This document shows positions 1 through 13,489 of a DNA stretch of 64,000 nt, one piece after another. A program made the translations under genes and the position numbers. Every line of letters begins with the position of its first letter. The first letter of the stretch is position 1. Below the pieces are notes generated by a model, which had not been told where the DNA came from, ran no database searches, and was given only the letters and a program-made list of their open reading frames with translations. The stretch comes from Eledone cirrhosa (taxonomy: Eukaryota), in NCBI GenBank assembly GCA_964016885.1, contig OZ024741.1, positions 134,664,001 to 134,728,000 on the forward strand, given 5' to 3'.

Positions 1-752
1 TCTTTGTAGGCGTTGTTGTTATTGGTTATATTATTGATTTTGGTGTTGTTGTTTTTATTGTTGTTGGGTGTTGTTGTTGTTGATGTTGTTTTTGGTGGTG
101 GGGTTGTAGGTGTAACTGTTGTAGGTGGAGTTGTTGTTGTTGTAGGTATTATTGTTGTTAGTGTTGTTAGTCTTGTTGTTGTAGTTGGTGTTGTTTTGAT
201 GTTGGTGTCGTTGTTGGTGTTGTTGGTGGTGTTGGAGGTGGTGTCGGTGTTGTCGTTGGTGGTATTGTTGTTGTTGTTGGTAGTGGTGGTGTTGGTTTTG
301 GTGTTGTTTTTATTGTTGTTGTTATTAGTGTTGGTGATGTTGTTGGTGTAGTTGTTGTTGGTAGTGTTATTGCTATTGATGTTATTGTTGGTGGTGATAT
401 TTTTGCTGTTGTTGTAGTTCTTGGTGGTGGTGGTGTTGGTGTTGTTGTTGGTGGTGTTGGTGTTGTTGGTGTCAGTGTTGTTGGTGGTGTTGGTGGTGTT
501 GATGTTGGTGGTGTTGGTAGTGTTGTTGTTGGGTGTTGTTGGTGTTGTTGTTGGTGGTGGTGTCAGTAGTGTTGTTGTTGTTGTTGGTGGTGTTGGTGTT
601 GTTGTTGTTGGTGGTGGTGGTGGTGGTGTCAGTAGTGTTGTTGTTGCTGTTGGTGGTGTTCTTGGAGGCGTTGGTGTTGTTGCAAGTGTTGTCTTTGTAG
701 GCGTTGTTGTTGTTGGTGTTATTGGTATTGTTGTTGGGTGTTGTTGTTGTTG
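1..752. repeat. degenerate (GTT/GGT)n microsatellite
   Basis: Trinucleotide low complexity; the Val/Leu ORFs are artefacts. Confidence 0.95.
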
Positions 753-769
753 ATGCAATTGTGCAAGGT

Positions 770-3010
770 CAACTTTTATCACTTCATCCCCAGTCTTCCT
801 GAGTCTTCGCACTCTATGGCTCTCATCATCTTTGAGCGCTCTGCACCATTTTATGCAGCTGTTATTCTTCATATGCATCACATGTTCATACCAATGCAAT
901 CTCCTCTCCTGTACACTGCATCTGGTTCCTCTTATGCCTAGTTCCTCTCTCAGTTTGTTTATGCTTTGCCGTTGACGTATATTACTATTATACATCCATC
1001 GGAGTATGCAAGCTTTATTTTTTTCCCATCTTCGCAAGTCTTCTGCACACATGGTCTCACTACCATGTAACGTTACTGTTCGTATGCATGCATCATACAG
1101 TAAGCCTTTCATAGCTAGCTGTGGTAGTAGCTCCCTGAACTTCTTCCATCCCATTCTCACTCTGGCTATTGTACTTTTGGAACCCACCTCCACTGCTAAT
1201 TTGGTTACCCAGGTAGCAGAGACTGTCTACTGCTTCTACTGAACCTTCCCAGAATTTGATAGCACTTATTTCTTGTGGTTATTTACTACTTACTGTTCTG
1301 GTGCAAGGGCTACATGTAAAGCCTACGTTCTTAGCTAAGCTACCTGAGATCCCACAACATCTCTTGTGTACCCATAGTTTACATTTGGGACAGAAGATAG
1401 AATTTCTACCTAGACCTTTCCTACACACTGAGCAAGACCATTTCCCCGAGAGGTCCAGGGGTCTATTTTCCTTTCTACTTACTAGGATCTAGAGTCTTTG
1501 TCAGATTGACTTTAAGACAATTTGTTTTTAGGCCATGCTTCCAGGTTTGGAATTTCTTCTCTAATTCTGGCATAGATTCAGCTATGAGTGCAAGATACTC
1601 CACATACAGGAGTTCCCATGGACAGCCAGTCTTAAACTCCTCTGTTATAGCCTGCATAACAATAACAAACAGGAGAGGGCTAAGAACAGAGCCCTGGTGG
1701 ATGCCAACTTTCACACTAAATTCCTCTCTATAGTCATTGTTAATCCTAATTTTGCTATACATGGCTTGTACAACCCCCACAAGCCACTCATCTACTCCTA
1801 GTTTTCTAAGAGCCCACCAGATTATGGCATGGGGGAACTCTGTCAAAAGCTTTCTCCAGATCAACACATGTCAGAAAGAGTGGCTTACTTTTAGCTAGGT
1901 ACTTCACTTGTAGCTTTTTCACAAGGAAGAGAGCATCGGCCATGCTTTTACCTTTAATCCTAACTGCATCAAATTTAGATTAACCTGATCCCTAATCAGC
2001 TGTACTATAACTCTTTCTGTTACTTTCATGACCTGTCCATCAACTTGATGCCTCTATAGTTTCCCCTATCTAGTATATCTCCTTTACCCTTGTAGGAGTT
2101 GACAATGATGTTGCTACACCAATCATTTGGTATGACACTATTTAGTATTATTTGGATTACAATATGAATGGTTAAGGTGTGACCCACCAATCCGGATGCT
2201 TTCAACATCTTAGCAACTATTCCTGATGGACTGGCTTCTTTCCCGGTCTTCATATCCTTAATTGCCTTACTTACTACACTGCTGCTGACTTGTATGGTTG
2301 GGCCCTCTTTTGGGTTCACTTGGGGTAGGCGCTCTTTTTCCCATGCATTCTCCTCATTCAGTAATCTTTCATATTGGCTCTTCCATGCTACATTTTTTTT
2401 CAGCAGCTGTGAGGGCAAATGCATTTTTATCATCATGGACACACTTCTCACCAATGACATCATAATTTTCCCTAACACACTGCTTCACAATCCTGATCAC
2501 CTCATGTTTCTGGTCTTCATGCTGCAAAACATGCTTGAATTTTTTTATCTTCTGCTTCCCTTTTGCAAAGTATACTTGTTGTCTAGCTTCCTTCCTGGCT
2601 TCTATGCAACATACCCTGCTTCCCTTGTTCTTCCATTTTTTTATATGCATGTCTCTTGGTCGTAATTGTTTCATCTACCTTACTGTTCCATCATCAAGTC
2701 ACTCGCCTCTCTGTAGCCATGCTCCATCCACAGATCTCGTCTGTTGCCTTCAGCAGATTATTTTTCAGGAACTCCCAGTGCTCTTCTATATTGAATGTCT
2801 CTATTTGTTCTTCCTTACTGTCATAGGTATTGAGCAAAATATCTCTAAATTTGTTACTGAGGGCTCTTTCAACTTCCATATCCTTCTCCAAGTTACCCTC
2901 TGCCTCCAAATTCGTCTACCTCTGACAATGAAATTGCTAATTACTAGGTTATGTTGGGAGGTGCATTCCTCACCAAGGAAGGTTTTTGTTTTTATCACCG
3001 TCACTCTGTC
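770..3010 (-). mobile_element. decayed RTE-clade LINE (RT region)
   Basis: Fragmented ORFs: NYRGIKLMD, WWALRKLGVDEWLV, GIHQGSVLSPLLF, CPWELLYVEYL (decayed YADDL). Homologous to 19907..22033. Confidence 0.9.
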
Positions 3011-3029
3011 TCATCCTCTGGTAAGGATA

Positions 3030-3230
3030 AAAGTTGTTATTGGTGTTGTTGTTAGAGGTGGAGTTGTAGGTATTGTTGTTTTTGGTGGTGGTGTTTTTAT
3101 TGTTGCTGTTAGTGATGTTGTTGTTATTAGTGGTGTAGTTGTTGGTGGTGTTGTTGTTAGTGGTGGTTTTACTGTAGGTGGTGATGTTGTTGTTTTAGGT
3201 GTTGGTATTGTTGGTGTTGGTGTTATCAAC
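3030..3230. repeat. (GTT/GGT)n low-complexity tract
   Basis: Direct reading. Confidence 0.9.
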
Positions 3231-3619
3231 ACCAGAAGGAATAAATGTTGGTGTTGTTTCAGTGATTGTAGAACTTATGGGTCACAACCTGACTAGACAA
3301 CTGGTTGAGAGCTCTTTTCACACTGTTTATAATTCCTAGCAGTAGATGCAGCAGCAATGACAAATGGTTAAGAAGTTCATTTATAATCATTAGGTTCAGA
3401 GTTTAACTCCACTGCTTGGTATTTTAACCAACTGACATTTACTATAACCTCAGGTTGATCCATGCTTTGTGAATAAAATTTGATAGACAGAAACTATTTG
3501 GAAGCCCATCTGATGAACTGTAACTGCAATTCCTAGCCAGCTACATCAATGTTTCTGATTTCAAACTCTACTGAGAGTGATTGGACTTGAGTCTAAGTGG
3601 CTTACCATTTGACAGACAT

Positions 3620-3835
3620 ATGTTCCCTTAACATAGTTCTCAGAGATTCAGTGTGACACTGAGTGACAAGGCTGGCCCTTTGAATTACAGGTACAACTCA
3701 TTTTTAACAGCTGAAAGGACTGGAGTAATGTGAAATAAAGTGTCTTGCTCAAGGACACAGTGTGCCATCGGGTCCGGGAATGAAATTCACAACCTTATGA
3801 TTGTAAACCGAACACCCTGACCACTAAGCCACATG
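3620..3835 (-). mobile_element. tRNA-derived SINE (CORE-like, family recurring throughout window)
   Basis: TGGCTTAGTGG box-A-like head on the - strand and central gtgtcttgctcaaggacac. Paralogues at ~13890-14110, 17620-17730 and 53890-54060. Confidence 0.6.
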
Positions 3836-4499
3836 ACTATTGAGTTTGAGTAAATACTGAGTATGAGATTGAAATCACAGATTTACCAGTTAACTCTTCC
3901 TTTTCTTTTTAACCTGTAAATCCTGATGGAGTCGAAGGGCTGCCATATTGACATATGGCATATGTTGGACATTTTAAGCCTGGTGGAGCTATCTCTTCTC
4001 CAGGTCTGAATACAGCGGATTTCTTCCAGAGAGAGAGAGAGAGTCAGAGGAAGAATGAACCTCAGTTCTGGACTGGTATTTTTTTTATTGACCTTGACAG
4101 GATATGAACTCAGAGAGAAGAGAGCTGGAATGAATACTGCAAACACTCTATCCGACCTTCCAACGACTCTGCCAAGTTGTAATGTTAGTTAACTCTTCAG
4201 GGTACAATGAAAAAACTACAGTTGTTTTCTAGCCTTATTTGAGCAGACTAATGTTGAAAGGTGTCCTAACCCTGACCACCCCGTTTATTCTTTTGTATAT
4301 TTAGGTTTACATTGTGCAATGTGTATTTCAATTTTTAAGACAGATTTGAAGGAATTTGGTTGCTTTTTTTAGTAGGTCAAGCAACTAAGTAGAAACAGCT
4401 CCTCTTTGGTTTGTAAAGTGTTATAGTTGGTCACCTAGGTAACAGTTGAAACAGACTTAATTAATCAAAGCTGATGCTAAATGAGGTAGGATTGGTGTT

Positions 4500-4850
4500 A
4501 ATGGTGGTGGTGATGAGTAGTTGATGGTGGTGTGTAATTGGTGGTGGTAGTGTTAGGTAGTTGTGATGATGGTAGTGGTGGTGGTAGTGTGAAGTTGTGA
4601 TGGTAGAGCTAGTTGGGATAAGTAGTAGTAATAGTGGTATATAGTGTAGGAGAGTAATAGTAGTGGTGGAGGTGATGATGATAATGGTACTAACAGTATT
4701 GGTGGTGGTATTGTTGGGGGGTGTAATATGGAAATTATAAATCACCACCACAACCACAACTACAACCACAACAACAACAATAACATCAACCATCACCACA
4801 ACTATAACCACAATTACAGCAACAAAAACCACCATGGCCACCACAACTTA
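4500..4850. repeat. (GGT)n-rich tract followed by (ACC/AAC)n-rich tract
   Basis: Direct reading; paralogue at 26090-26460. Confidence 0.85.
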
Positions 4851-4862
4851 TTATTCTAGCAG

Positions 4863-5050
4863 AGTGGTGGATTGGCAGTATCGGTAGAGGGTCTGACGCC
4901 ATGCTTTGCAGCAAAGAGTTACGGCCCTTTACGGTCTGAGTTCAAATCCGAGGTCAACTTTGCCTTTCATCCTCACGGGGTCGATAAAATAAAGTACCAG
5001 TAATACACTGAAGTATTTTGCTGGCCTTGTGCCCAAAGTAGAAACAATTA
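4863..5050 (+). mobile_element. tRNA-derived SINE (Meta-like central domain)
   Basis: Box A TGGCAGTATCGG, box B GAGTTCAAATCC, central gcctttcatcc...ggggtcgataaaataaagtaccag; flanked by an imperfect ttatt(t)ctagca direct repeat. Confidence 0.75.
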
Positions 5051-6498
5051 TTTCTAGCACGCCAGGGAACAACGTAGTTACTCCCCTTGTTCTGTAGAGA
5101 TTATTTCAATCAAATCACACTAAGGGAAGCAACTGCGGTTTATATAATTTACAAAATAAGATGTGTCATTGCCTCGTAATATTGGCACGAGCCCAACAAA
5201 TTTGAGGAGGGGATTAATCGACCCCAGTGCGTTACTAGTACTTTATTTGATAGACCCCGTATGGCTGAAAAGCAAAGCTAACCTCGGGGGGATTTTAGCT
5301 CAGAACGTAATGGGCCATAACTATATGCCGACCACACCAATTAATTATTGGTTTAAATATGAATTTACCAATATCACTTTTATTCCAGTCGCTTCTAGGT
5401 CAAGTCAGCAAGAAACTACAGATTAAAATCTTTCACTTTCAATTTTATATTTCCTTGACGTTAAGTGACAATATAAAACTTTCCTCTGGATAGAACACCA
5501 GTCGATCGCAAGGTTAAACCCTCAGCTACAGATGGCACTCATTTTCAGCTGAGAATATACTGGAACAACGTAACATCAAGTGTTTTACTCAAGAACACAC
5601 TACCTAGTTAAGGAATCGAACCTACATTATGATCTTACGTCCATCACCCTAACAAGGCCACCTAAAATGAAGTGTTTTGCTCAAGAATACAAGAATCGAA
5701 CCCACAACATTATGATCTTAATTCCAACAACCTAACCACGAAGCCACGTTAGTCAACTACTAGGGTTTATTTAACATACTTTGCTAGCCATATTCCTTAA
5801 TTAAAACCAATATTTCATTCATTTAAAAAAACATTGGAAGTTAGTTGGTGCAAATAAGGGTGTGCAGTTAAGAGCATTTTGCGGCCATATAATTTCTGGT
5901 TGATTACATTGCACCTCAGGTGATTTACACCATAGCTTCAGTAAATAACATTTGGTAGACGGCAACTGTGCAGAGTCCTGCTGCTGGGGCCATACTATTC
6001 CTTGGGTAGGTGAATGTATATTTGTTGGCCAACTTAACACATTTGGATTACCGTTAAAGTAATTCACTTTGGTGAAGCACTTAGTCCCGTTCTATGGTCT
6101 AAGGAAAGACCCCCCCCCCTACACACACATCTGTTTTAGGAACTTGAAAAGGGGCAGAGACTTCCTTTTTCTGAATAAGCCATTGAGGACAAATGCAATA
6201 TGGTTGCAAGAAATGAGTAAAAAAATTAAAAAAGAGGGAAAGACAGAGGACATCCGTATATGTAAACCTTGATTAGAACAGATCATTGTAGTGGTGGCAG
6301 GAAAGATGAGAGACGGTAGAAAATTACAAAAATTAAATAGGCAAATGAACCCAGCACATATTCTCCATAGCACCCCTACCTAGAACCACCACTCCACCAA
6401 ATTAACCACCAGACCATGGGAAATAAAATAGAAATAAATATAGATTAACTTCAAATTTTATTTCAAAACCTTGTTACATTTTAATTAATTCAGGAAAT

Positions 6499-6942
<444 letters not shown>

Positions 6943-8149
6943 CTAAATCTACCCAAGCTTCAATCTGTGTAATTGAGGTGACTTAGTGGTATATGTTGAA
7001 TCCACACATAGATAATGAGGAGGTCTACAATACGTACAGGTGGGTATCAGTAATGGAATGAACCTACGTTAGTTTTGACGATGAATGTTCCAGTTGTTAA
7101 TAAACAGAACAGCCTGGTCATGAAATTAACGTGTAAGTGGCTGAACATTCTCGACGTGTACCCATAACGTAATTCTCAGGGAGATTCAAATTTAAATAGA
7201 AATCCTTTAAAATGAACGATTTTGCTTCATAGAACCAGAACCGGTTTTGGACAAGTTGGTATGAAAAGAAGCCATTATCAATTTCGGGTCTCTTCTTCGC
7301 TGTCAGAGGAAGGGCAAGCTCCGAAACCTATTCAACACTGCCTGTCTAGTTAATATACCTCATGCATCTGTATTGATTTCTAGAAACAAGACAGTCTATT
7401 GATAACAAAACAGATGATATAATCCTGCTGTTTACAAATATATAAATTAGCAGCAGGAATAAATAAAACAAAATAGAAGTGAAGAATGGAACCCGGTTCC
7501 TTAAGATCACATAGCTTCCCTGTAGTGTTGGTTACATAGGACTATAGGGATGAATAATTAGTATTTTTACGGGAGGTGGGTTAGAAATAAACACTTAGAA
7601 AGAAGTGTCGTACTTCAATATTCTGAAATAAGGCCGCTAAAAAAGAATAAAAAAAAGACCAAGTCTTAAGTAATGAAGTTAAGTTGGAGAATTAATAATA
7701 TAAATTCCCTCCCATCATATAAAATTACTGGCAGGTTCAAAATTTTTCTAAGTTGGTAAAATGTTTTAATATAGAATAATTGTTGAGATTTAGTTAACGT
7801 TATGTAACGGAATATTATGTGTGGTTGTAACGATAAGTGGATGGATGTAACTGTTGGTATGGTGGTTTCGATGTAAAGAAAAATACCAAGATTGTGTTGT
7901 TACAAAGTTTATATTATTATAACAATATTCAATTTGAATATTGAATGATAAAATCAATAACACAAAATATTCATATAATAATTTGGTGGGTCTTCGAGCC
8001 ACGTAAATTCAAGTATCACAGAATACGATTATAATACGATTAGAATACGATAATATAATTTGTGTGGTTAGCTGGCCCTTCCCGTCGAGCATCCTTCCGG
8101 CCAAGCACACTTCCGGTCGAGCACTCCCCGCTTCCGGCCACCGTACTGT

Positions 8150-10450
8150 ATCAGAAAGATACAATATGTATAAACAGAAATGGTGAGTGTAAAAATACAA
8201 ACAGTGTGAACTCACTATGAATGCGTGTGTGCGTATCAGTATATTTGCTTGTTTGTATTGCAGTAGGAGTCAGCGATCAGCCAGGAAGGTGAGAATAAGT
8301 GGCAGACTGGTTTTTCGTGACGAGTGCTTGTAAATGCGACTTGACTTGTCTTGTCTGTATATCACTTCTTTTCTGTCGGGGCGTAAACAACCCCTGTATT
8401 TATAAGAGTTGAAGTTAGAAGGGTAGATATATTCTCTGAACTTTGGTTAGTCTCCCAAGGGATTAGTTTGCCAAGCGTAAACAAGTCAGAAAGATGGATA
8501 TATCCTCTGACCTATTTTCTGTCAGGCGTAAACACCTCTGACCTGTGTTTAGCCTCTGCCAAGGGGTTAGGCTCTTGAGCGTAAACAATTTACCACTGCT
8601 TGTCCCAGAGGCGGGAAAGCTCAGATTCGGTTTCGAATCTTCGCCGCCGTTATAGTACTCCCCTTCCAGTGAGAAAGCTAAGATTGAACGATCTAGGTGC
8701 ATGTGAAATGAAGATAGGTATGACTAGGTGTGTTGTTGAAGAGAATCAGTAAAAACAAAAAACACATGAAAGTCATTTACAAACAGGAGAAATGAAAGAA
8801 AACATGCAAAGCAAAAGAAATTTACAATGAAAATGTTCGTACGAAATGTTTGTTGATTAAAAGTTCCTTTATTTCATAGAAACGGAAAAATGTTCCTTTG
8901 TCTGTTCTTTTGATGTGGGTGATGCACAGAGTTAATTGATTTGTATGTAGCAATAGTTCAGGACCACAGAAATTGGCTGATTCGTTGAAATGTACAAATT
9001 AGCCGAAATGTCGACCAGATGCATAATTTGTACTTACCCGATAAACTTGTACGTATCGCGTGGGCCATCGGACTGTTCTTCCAGATTTGGTGTGTCGGGG
9101 TTGTGCAGAATTTGTCGTGTTTGTGTCGGGCAAAGTTGTTGGTGAGTCTGCTGGAGAAACGGTGGGTACTGGTGGCAATTCCTGTTCTATGAACGCTTTT
9201 TTTAAACGATCAATGGAGACGGTATTTCGTTTCCCGTTCAAGTCGAGGACGAAATACTTGGGGCGTTTCTGTATCACTTTATAGGGCCCGGAATACGGCG
9301 GACGAAGTTGCGATGGAATACCGTCATTTCTAACGAAAACATGCGTCCGTGTATCGATGTCTTTTGGTATGTGTGAAGTAACGCGCTGTTGTTTAGAGGA
9401 TGAAGGAGACAGATGCGACATCGATGACCGTAAACGGTGCACATATTTTGTTGGGTCTGGAAGTTCTTGTGGCGAAACAGGAGCGATCATTTGTCCAGGT
9501 AGAGTGAGTACGGTGCCATACAACATTTCAGCCAGAGAATGTCCGACTCCCTCCTTAACAGTGGAACGAATACCAAGAAGAATGGGTGGGAGGTATTCGA
9601 ACCAGTTAGTGGAGTCTTTGTAAGCCTTGATAGATGCTTTTAGCTGGCGGTGGAAGCGTTCTACCATGCCGTTAGCGGCAGGGTGATACGCTGTTGTACG
9701 GATGTGTTTGCACCCGAGGAGACGAGTCAGTTCGGTAAATAGGTGCGAATCGAACTGACGTCCTCTATCCGTAGTGATGGTCACGGGTGTGCCGAAACGC
9801 GAAACCCAGTGAAACACTAGCGTTTTGGCGACAGTTTCCGCAGTAATATCCGTCAGGGGAAAAGCTTCTGGCCAGCGACAAAATCGGTCGACACAGGTGA
9901 GAAGATGAGTGTAGTTGTGAGAAGGAGGCAAAGGTCCAACGATGTCTATATGCACATGTTGGAACCGTGCATCAGGTATTGCGAAAGAACCTATCGGGGC
10001 TTTGATGTGCTGGTGAATTTTCGCCTTCTGGGACGCGATACAGTTCCTAGCCCATTCGCGGGTGTCCTTGTTGATATTGGGCCACACAAAGCGGGCAACC
10101 ATCAGTTTCTGCGTGGCGCGGACGCCAGGATGTTCCAGAGAATGCAGTGCCGAGAAAACGTCGCGTCGATGTTTTCGGGGCACGTATGGGCGCTCGTGGC
10201 CTGTGGAGATATCGCACCAAATATAACCCGAAGAAGAGGGCAGCGGGCATTCCTTCAATTTCAAGGATGATTTCCTGAGTTGCAGCAGTTCCTCGTCATT
10301 CTGTTGATCCGCTGCAATCCTCTGGAGCTCGATAGTGACAGTGGTGTGGATTGCGTTAAGCTCCATGCGCGATAGGGCATCAGCTGCTGAGTTGGTGGCA
10401 CCCTTAATGTACCGAATATCAGTAGTGTACTGAGAAATGAAGTCCAGATT
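8150..10450 (-). mobile_element. Gypsy/Ty3 LTR retrotransposon 3' part: RNase H end, integrase (ORF 8999..10366), PPT 8656-8668, 3' LTR from 8654 leftwards
   Basis: NSAADALSR; H-x3-H-PG zinc finger; [15 protein letters not shown] and GMVERFH catalytic DDE; GPY/F motif (YSGPYKV); PPT ctggaaggggagtac. The left boundary is approximate. Confidence 0.88.
8999..10366 (-). CDS. Gypsy integrase (open 455-aa frame, N-terminally truncated pol)
   Basis: Intact DDE core and GPY/F domain. Confidence 0.8.
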   Translation of the reverse strand: MELNAIHTTVTIELQRIAADQQNDEELLQLRKSSLKLKECPLPSSSGYIWCDISTGHERPYVPRKHRRDVFSALHSLEHPGVRATQKLMVARFVWPNINKDTREWARNCIASQKAKIHQHIKAPIGSFAIPDARFQHVHIDIVGPLPPSHNYTHLLTCVDRFCRWPEAFPLTDITAETVAKTLVFHWVSRFGTPVTITTDRGRQFDSHLFTELTRLLGCKHIRTTAYHPAANGMVERFHRQLKASIKAYKDSTNWFEYLPPILLGIRSTVKEGVGHSLAEMLYGTVLTLPGQMIAPVSPQELPDPTKYVHRLRSSMSHLSPSSSKQQRVTSHIPKDIDTRTHVFVRNDGIPSQLRPPYSGPYKVIQKRPKYFVLDLNGKRNTVSIDRLKKAFIEQELPPVPTVSPADSPTTLPDTNTTNSAQPRHTKSGRTVRWPTRYVQVYRVSTNYASGRHFG

Positions 10451-12290
10451 GTGGGTATGGTGTGGTGTGCGGTGGCCGGAAGCTGGGGAGTGCTCGACCG
10501 GAAGAGTGCTTGACCGGAAGGGTGCTCGACCGGAAGGGCCAGCAGATCGGTCTCTCTTTAGTGGTGATCAAACGGTGTGGACGCGAGTTTGGCAGCTCCC
10601 GGGTGTTAATGAGTTGAACGCACGTGGAAGAGGAGAAACCAGCCATGGGATTTAGCGGCGCCTATGAAAAGCGGTAAGTGAGATAGCTTTTTCTAACCAC
10701 AAGCTATTTAGGCACTGGAAACTGAGATCTGATTGAAAAAAAAAAAACTTTCTCGAAAACAAAGCCACTAGAAAAACAGAGAGGAGCCTGTTGTTATTTT
10801 TTTTATTACGTACCGCAAGACAAATTAGGATATGGCGACGAGACTACGAGCGAAGCGATTAGGGCATTTACCGGTAAAGGCGATGTTGTCGCTTGGCTGC
10901 GAAAAGTCCTGCTGGTCGCAAGCTTACAGAAGATAGAAGATGTGGCTGGCCTCATGGCACTGTACCTCGAGGGGGACGCGTTGGTAGTCTTCCTTGAGTT
11001 GGATGAACACAGCCAAAGGGATGCGCATGATGGAAGCGTTCGCGGAGGGACCGTTAGCCGCTTTTGCTAAGCTGGCAAGAATCAGATGGAACGGTGAACG
11101 CGTTGACATTTTCGCAGCGGAAATACGGCGATTGGCCATGTTGGCTGGATATCAGGTGGAATGCGAACACACGGTGCGGTTGGCGTTCATAAATGGATTT
11201 CCAGACGACATAGCGGTGAAACTGCAGCAAGTCCCGGGTTACAAAGAAATGGAGATGCGCTCACTGGTGGAGCAAGCCCGCATCATAGCAGAAGATGCCA
11301 AGAAGAGTGCCGCGGCGATAGCAACTACAGAGGCTCAAGACAGCTGGCAGCGAAATGGTGAAAGGGAGGCAACCACGGCACGCGGTCGCCCGCGAACGTT
11401 TAGAGGTCGCTGTTTTAGGTGCCAGGGCCCGCACATGGCGAGAGACTGTAGAGAGTCAAGGCCGGAAATAATATGCTACCGGTGTAAGCGACCAGGCCAC
11501 ATCGCTACTAACTGCGACCAAGGAAACGATCCAAGGGGAACTACTGCGCCGGTAGTTGCCCCTTACGAGTAGAGGCGCTGCCCGTGGTGGAAGTCTTCGT
11601 GAGGGGAAAGCCACAGTGAGCCCTCGTGGACACGGGCTGTACGACGACACTGGTGACCGCGGAGGTGGTGCAGAGGTGGAGAGGGAAGAGCAGCGTAAGG
11701 GCAGTCGACGGCAGGAAAATTGAATGCCAAGGTCGCAGCGAGTTGGAGATGGCAGTACGGGGAAGGAAAATAAGGCTTTCTGCTATCGTAGATGACAACG
11801 TGGTGGATGGGATCGGCGTGGTTATGGGCATGGACGCAATTGGCCGTCTAGGAGGCGTCACAGTGAACAACGTCGGTGTGTCGTTTGGCGGCGCTGCATC
11901 GGTATGCGCTGTGAGTACGCGACAGGAGAACCAAAAGGCCCACGAGGAGAAATACCCCGCTTACACTGTACAGGACAAAGACTTCAAGGCCGTGTTCGAT
12001 GGGCAGCGATGGGTTGTTGAGTGGTACTGGAAGGGAGAACCACCAACACTGAAGACCAAAGTGGGCTGCTATCAACACATTGAAGGGAGACATTAGGAGC
12101 GAGAGGTAGAGAGATGGATTGAGGAGGGCATACTGCTTCCCTGGAAAGAGGAGGTGAAGTGCGGAGTATTGCCGTTAATGGCGGTGGCGCAACCCACAAA
12201 GAACAAGGTGAGGCCGGTACTGGACTTTCGGGAGCTGAACGAGCATGTGTCATGCCACACGGGTGGCGAGGTCACGGATGTCTGTGGGGA
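10450..12290 (+). mobile_element. second Gypsy LTR element 5' part: LTR (~10450-10817), gag with two zinc knuckles, aspartic protease, start of RT
   Basis: TG start; CFRCQGPHMARDC and CYRCKRPGHIATNC; ALVDTGC; KVRPVLDFRELN; frameshifts and stops; truncated at ~12290. Confidence 0.85.
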
Positions 12291-13489
12291 ACTGACGCAA
12301 CACAGAACTGTACAAGAAAACCCTCGATGTGAGGCAAGACTGCGCCTACCTCACCAACATCTTCGACAAATGCAATAGCGTCATTTTGGCTTTGCAAGGG
12401 AAGAAGATCACCTTGCTTAAAGCTGTGAAAACATTCCTGGCCAAATTGAATGTCATCGAAAGGAATCTTTGTTGACGGGAATTCTATAATTTTCCTAGTG
12501 TCGCCAATGTTCAAAACATTGTAAGCGATGACCAACTCCAAATTTATACCACTCACCTCCGTATGCTACAAGACAACATGAGAGAACGGTTTGTCGACCT
12601 TTTGATTTCCACACCTACATGCAGAGACTAAGAGATTTGCTCTGCCTTTTCCAAGCTCATACTTAGTCGAGAGGAGGTTTTGTGTTGTTTCCAGACTACA
12701 CAGTAAGGCTCGCAACCGCTACAATGTAATTACACGTGAAGATCTCTGGCTACATCTTAAGAAAATTCAGCCTCACGTCAAAGAGTTAGCTAGACTCCAT
12801 GAAGCTCAAGGGTCCAATTGAAATGAGTCAAAGTTAAATTAAGTTGATTTATACGAAAACTTGGATATGCTATTGTTACAAAGCAAACTAACAATTTTTT
12901 TATTTGTAGTTGCAGTCTGACTGGACTGGAAACCATCTACTACAATTCAATTACTCATTTGTTGTATATATTTTACTATTTATTAATAAATATACCCTCC
13001 CGCGTGGTCATGAAAACCCTCTTCCATGGTCTCTAAGCTCACAAAGCAGAGGGACATCAAGTTTGATATCAACATTTATTCTGTCCGTTTCATTAAAGGG
13101 AAAATTGGAAAGCTTTGAAATGATATAATTGCCACTTTCTTCCAGATAAGAGTACTCTTGGGATAGACAGAGTTGCTCTTGTATAAATGTTCAAAATAGC
13201 TGGTATCGCCTGGTGGGAATATAACAAATTCAACTGGTCCTTATTCATAAAAAAGAACATTTATGTTCCTTTTTTTGAAATTTATATATTTCCTTTCAAG
13301 GAATGTATTTATACTCTCAGCTGCCTGCAATGGTATCTTTGGAATATTGTTAATCAATTTTTTAGTAATCTACTGATATCAAAATCAGTAGTATATTGAA
13401 AAATGGAAAAATAGGGTAGGGGGGGGGGGCGTTTCGTGATTTCAAGGGACAAAAGGGGGCGTTTGGCCTAAATGGGTTGAGAACCTGTG
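12290..13489 (+). mobile_element. hAT (Buster/Charlie-type) transposon 3' part with decayed transposase C-terminus and TIR
   Basis: AYLTNIFDKCNSVILALQGK...REFYNFP; FPSSYLVER..; LWLHL..IQP..HEAQGSN*. TIR gttgagaacctgtg followed by the 8-mer GTCTACAC. Confidence 0.82.

Noticed and set aside
13-753. Val/Leu/Gly-rich membrane-like ORFs (also 3011-3232, 4461-4844)
   Set aside because: Translations of GTT/GGT microsatellites.
4863-4950. Possible tRNA gene (box A and box B)
   Set aside because: No cloverleaf; continues into a SINE body with TSD and has several dispersed copies.
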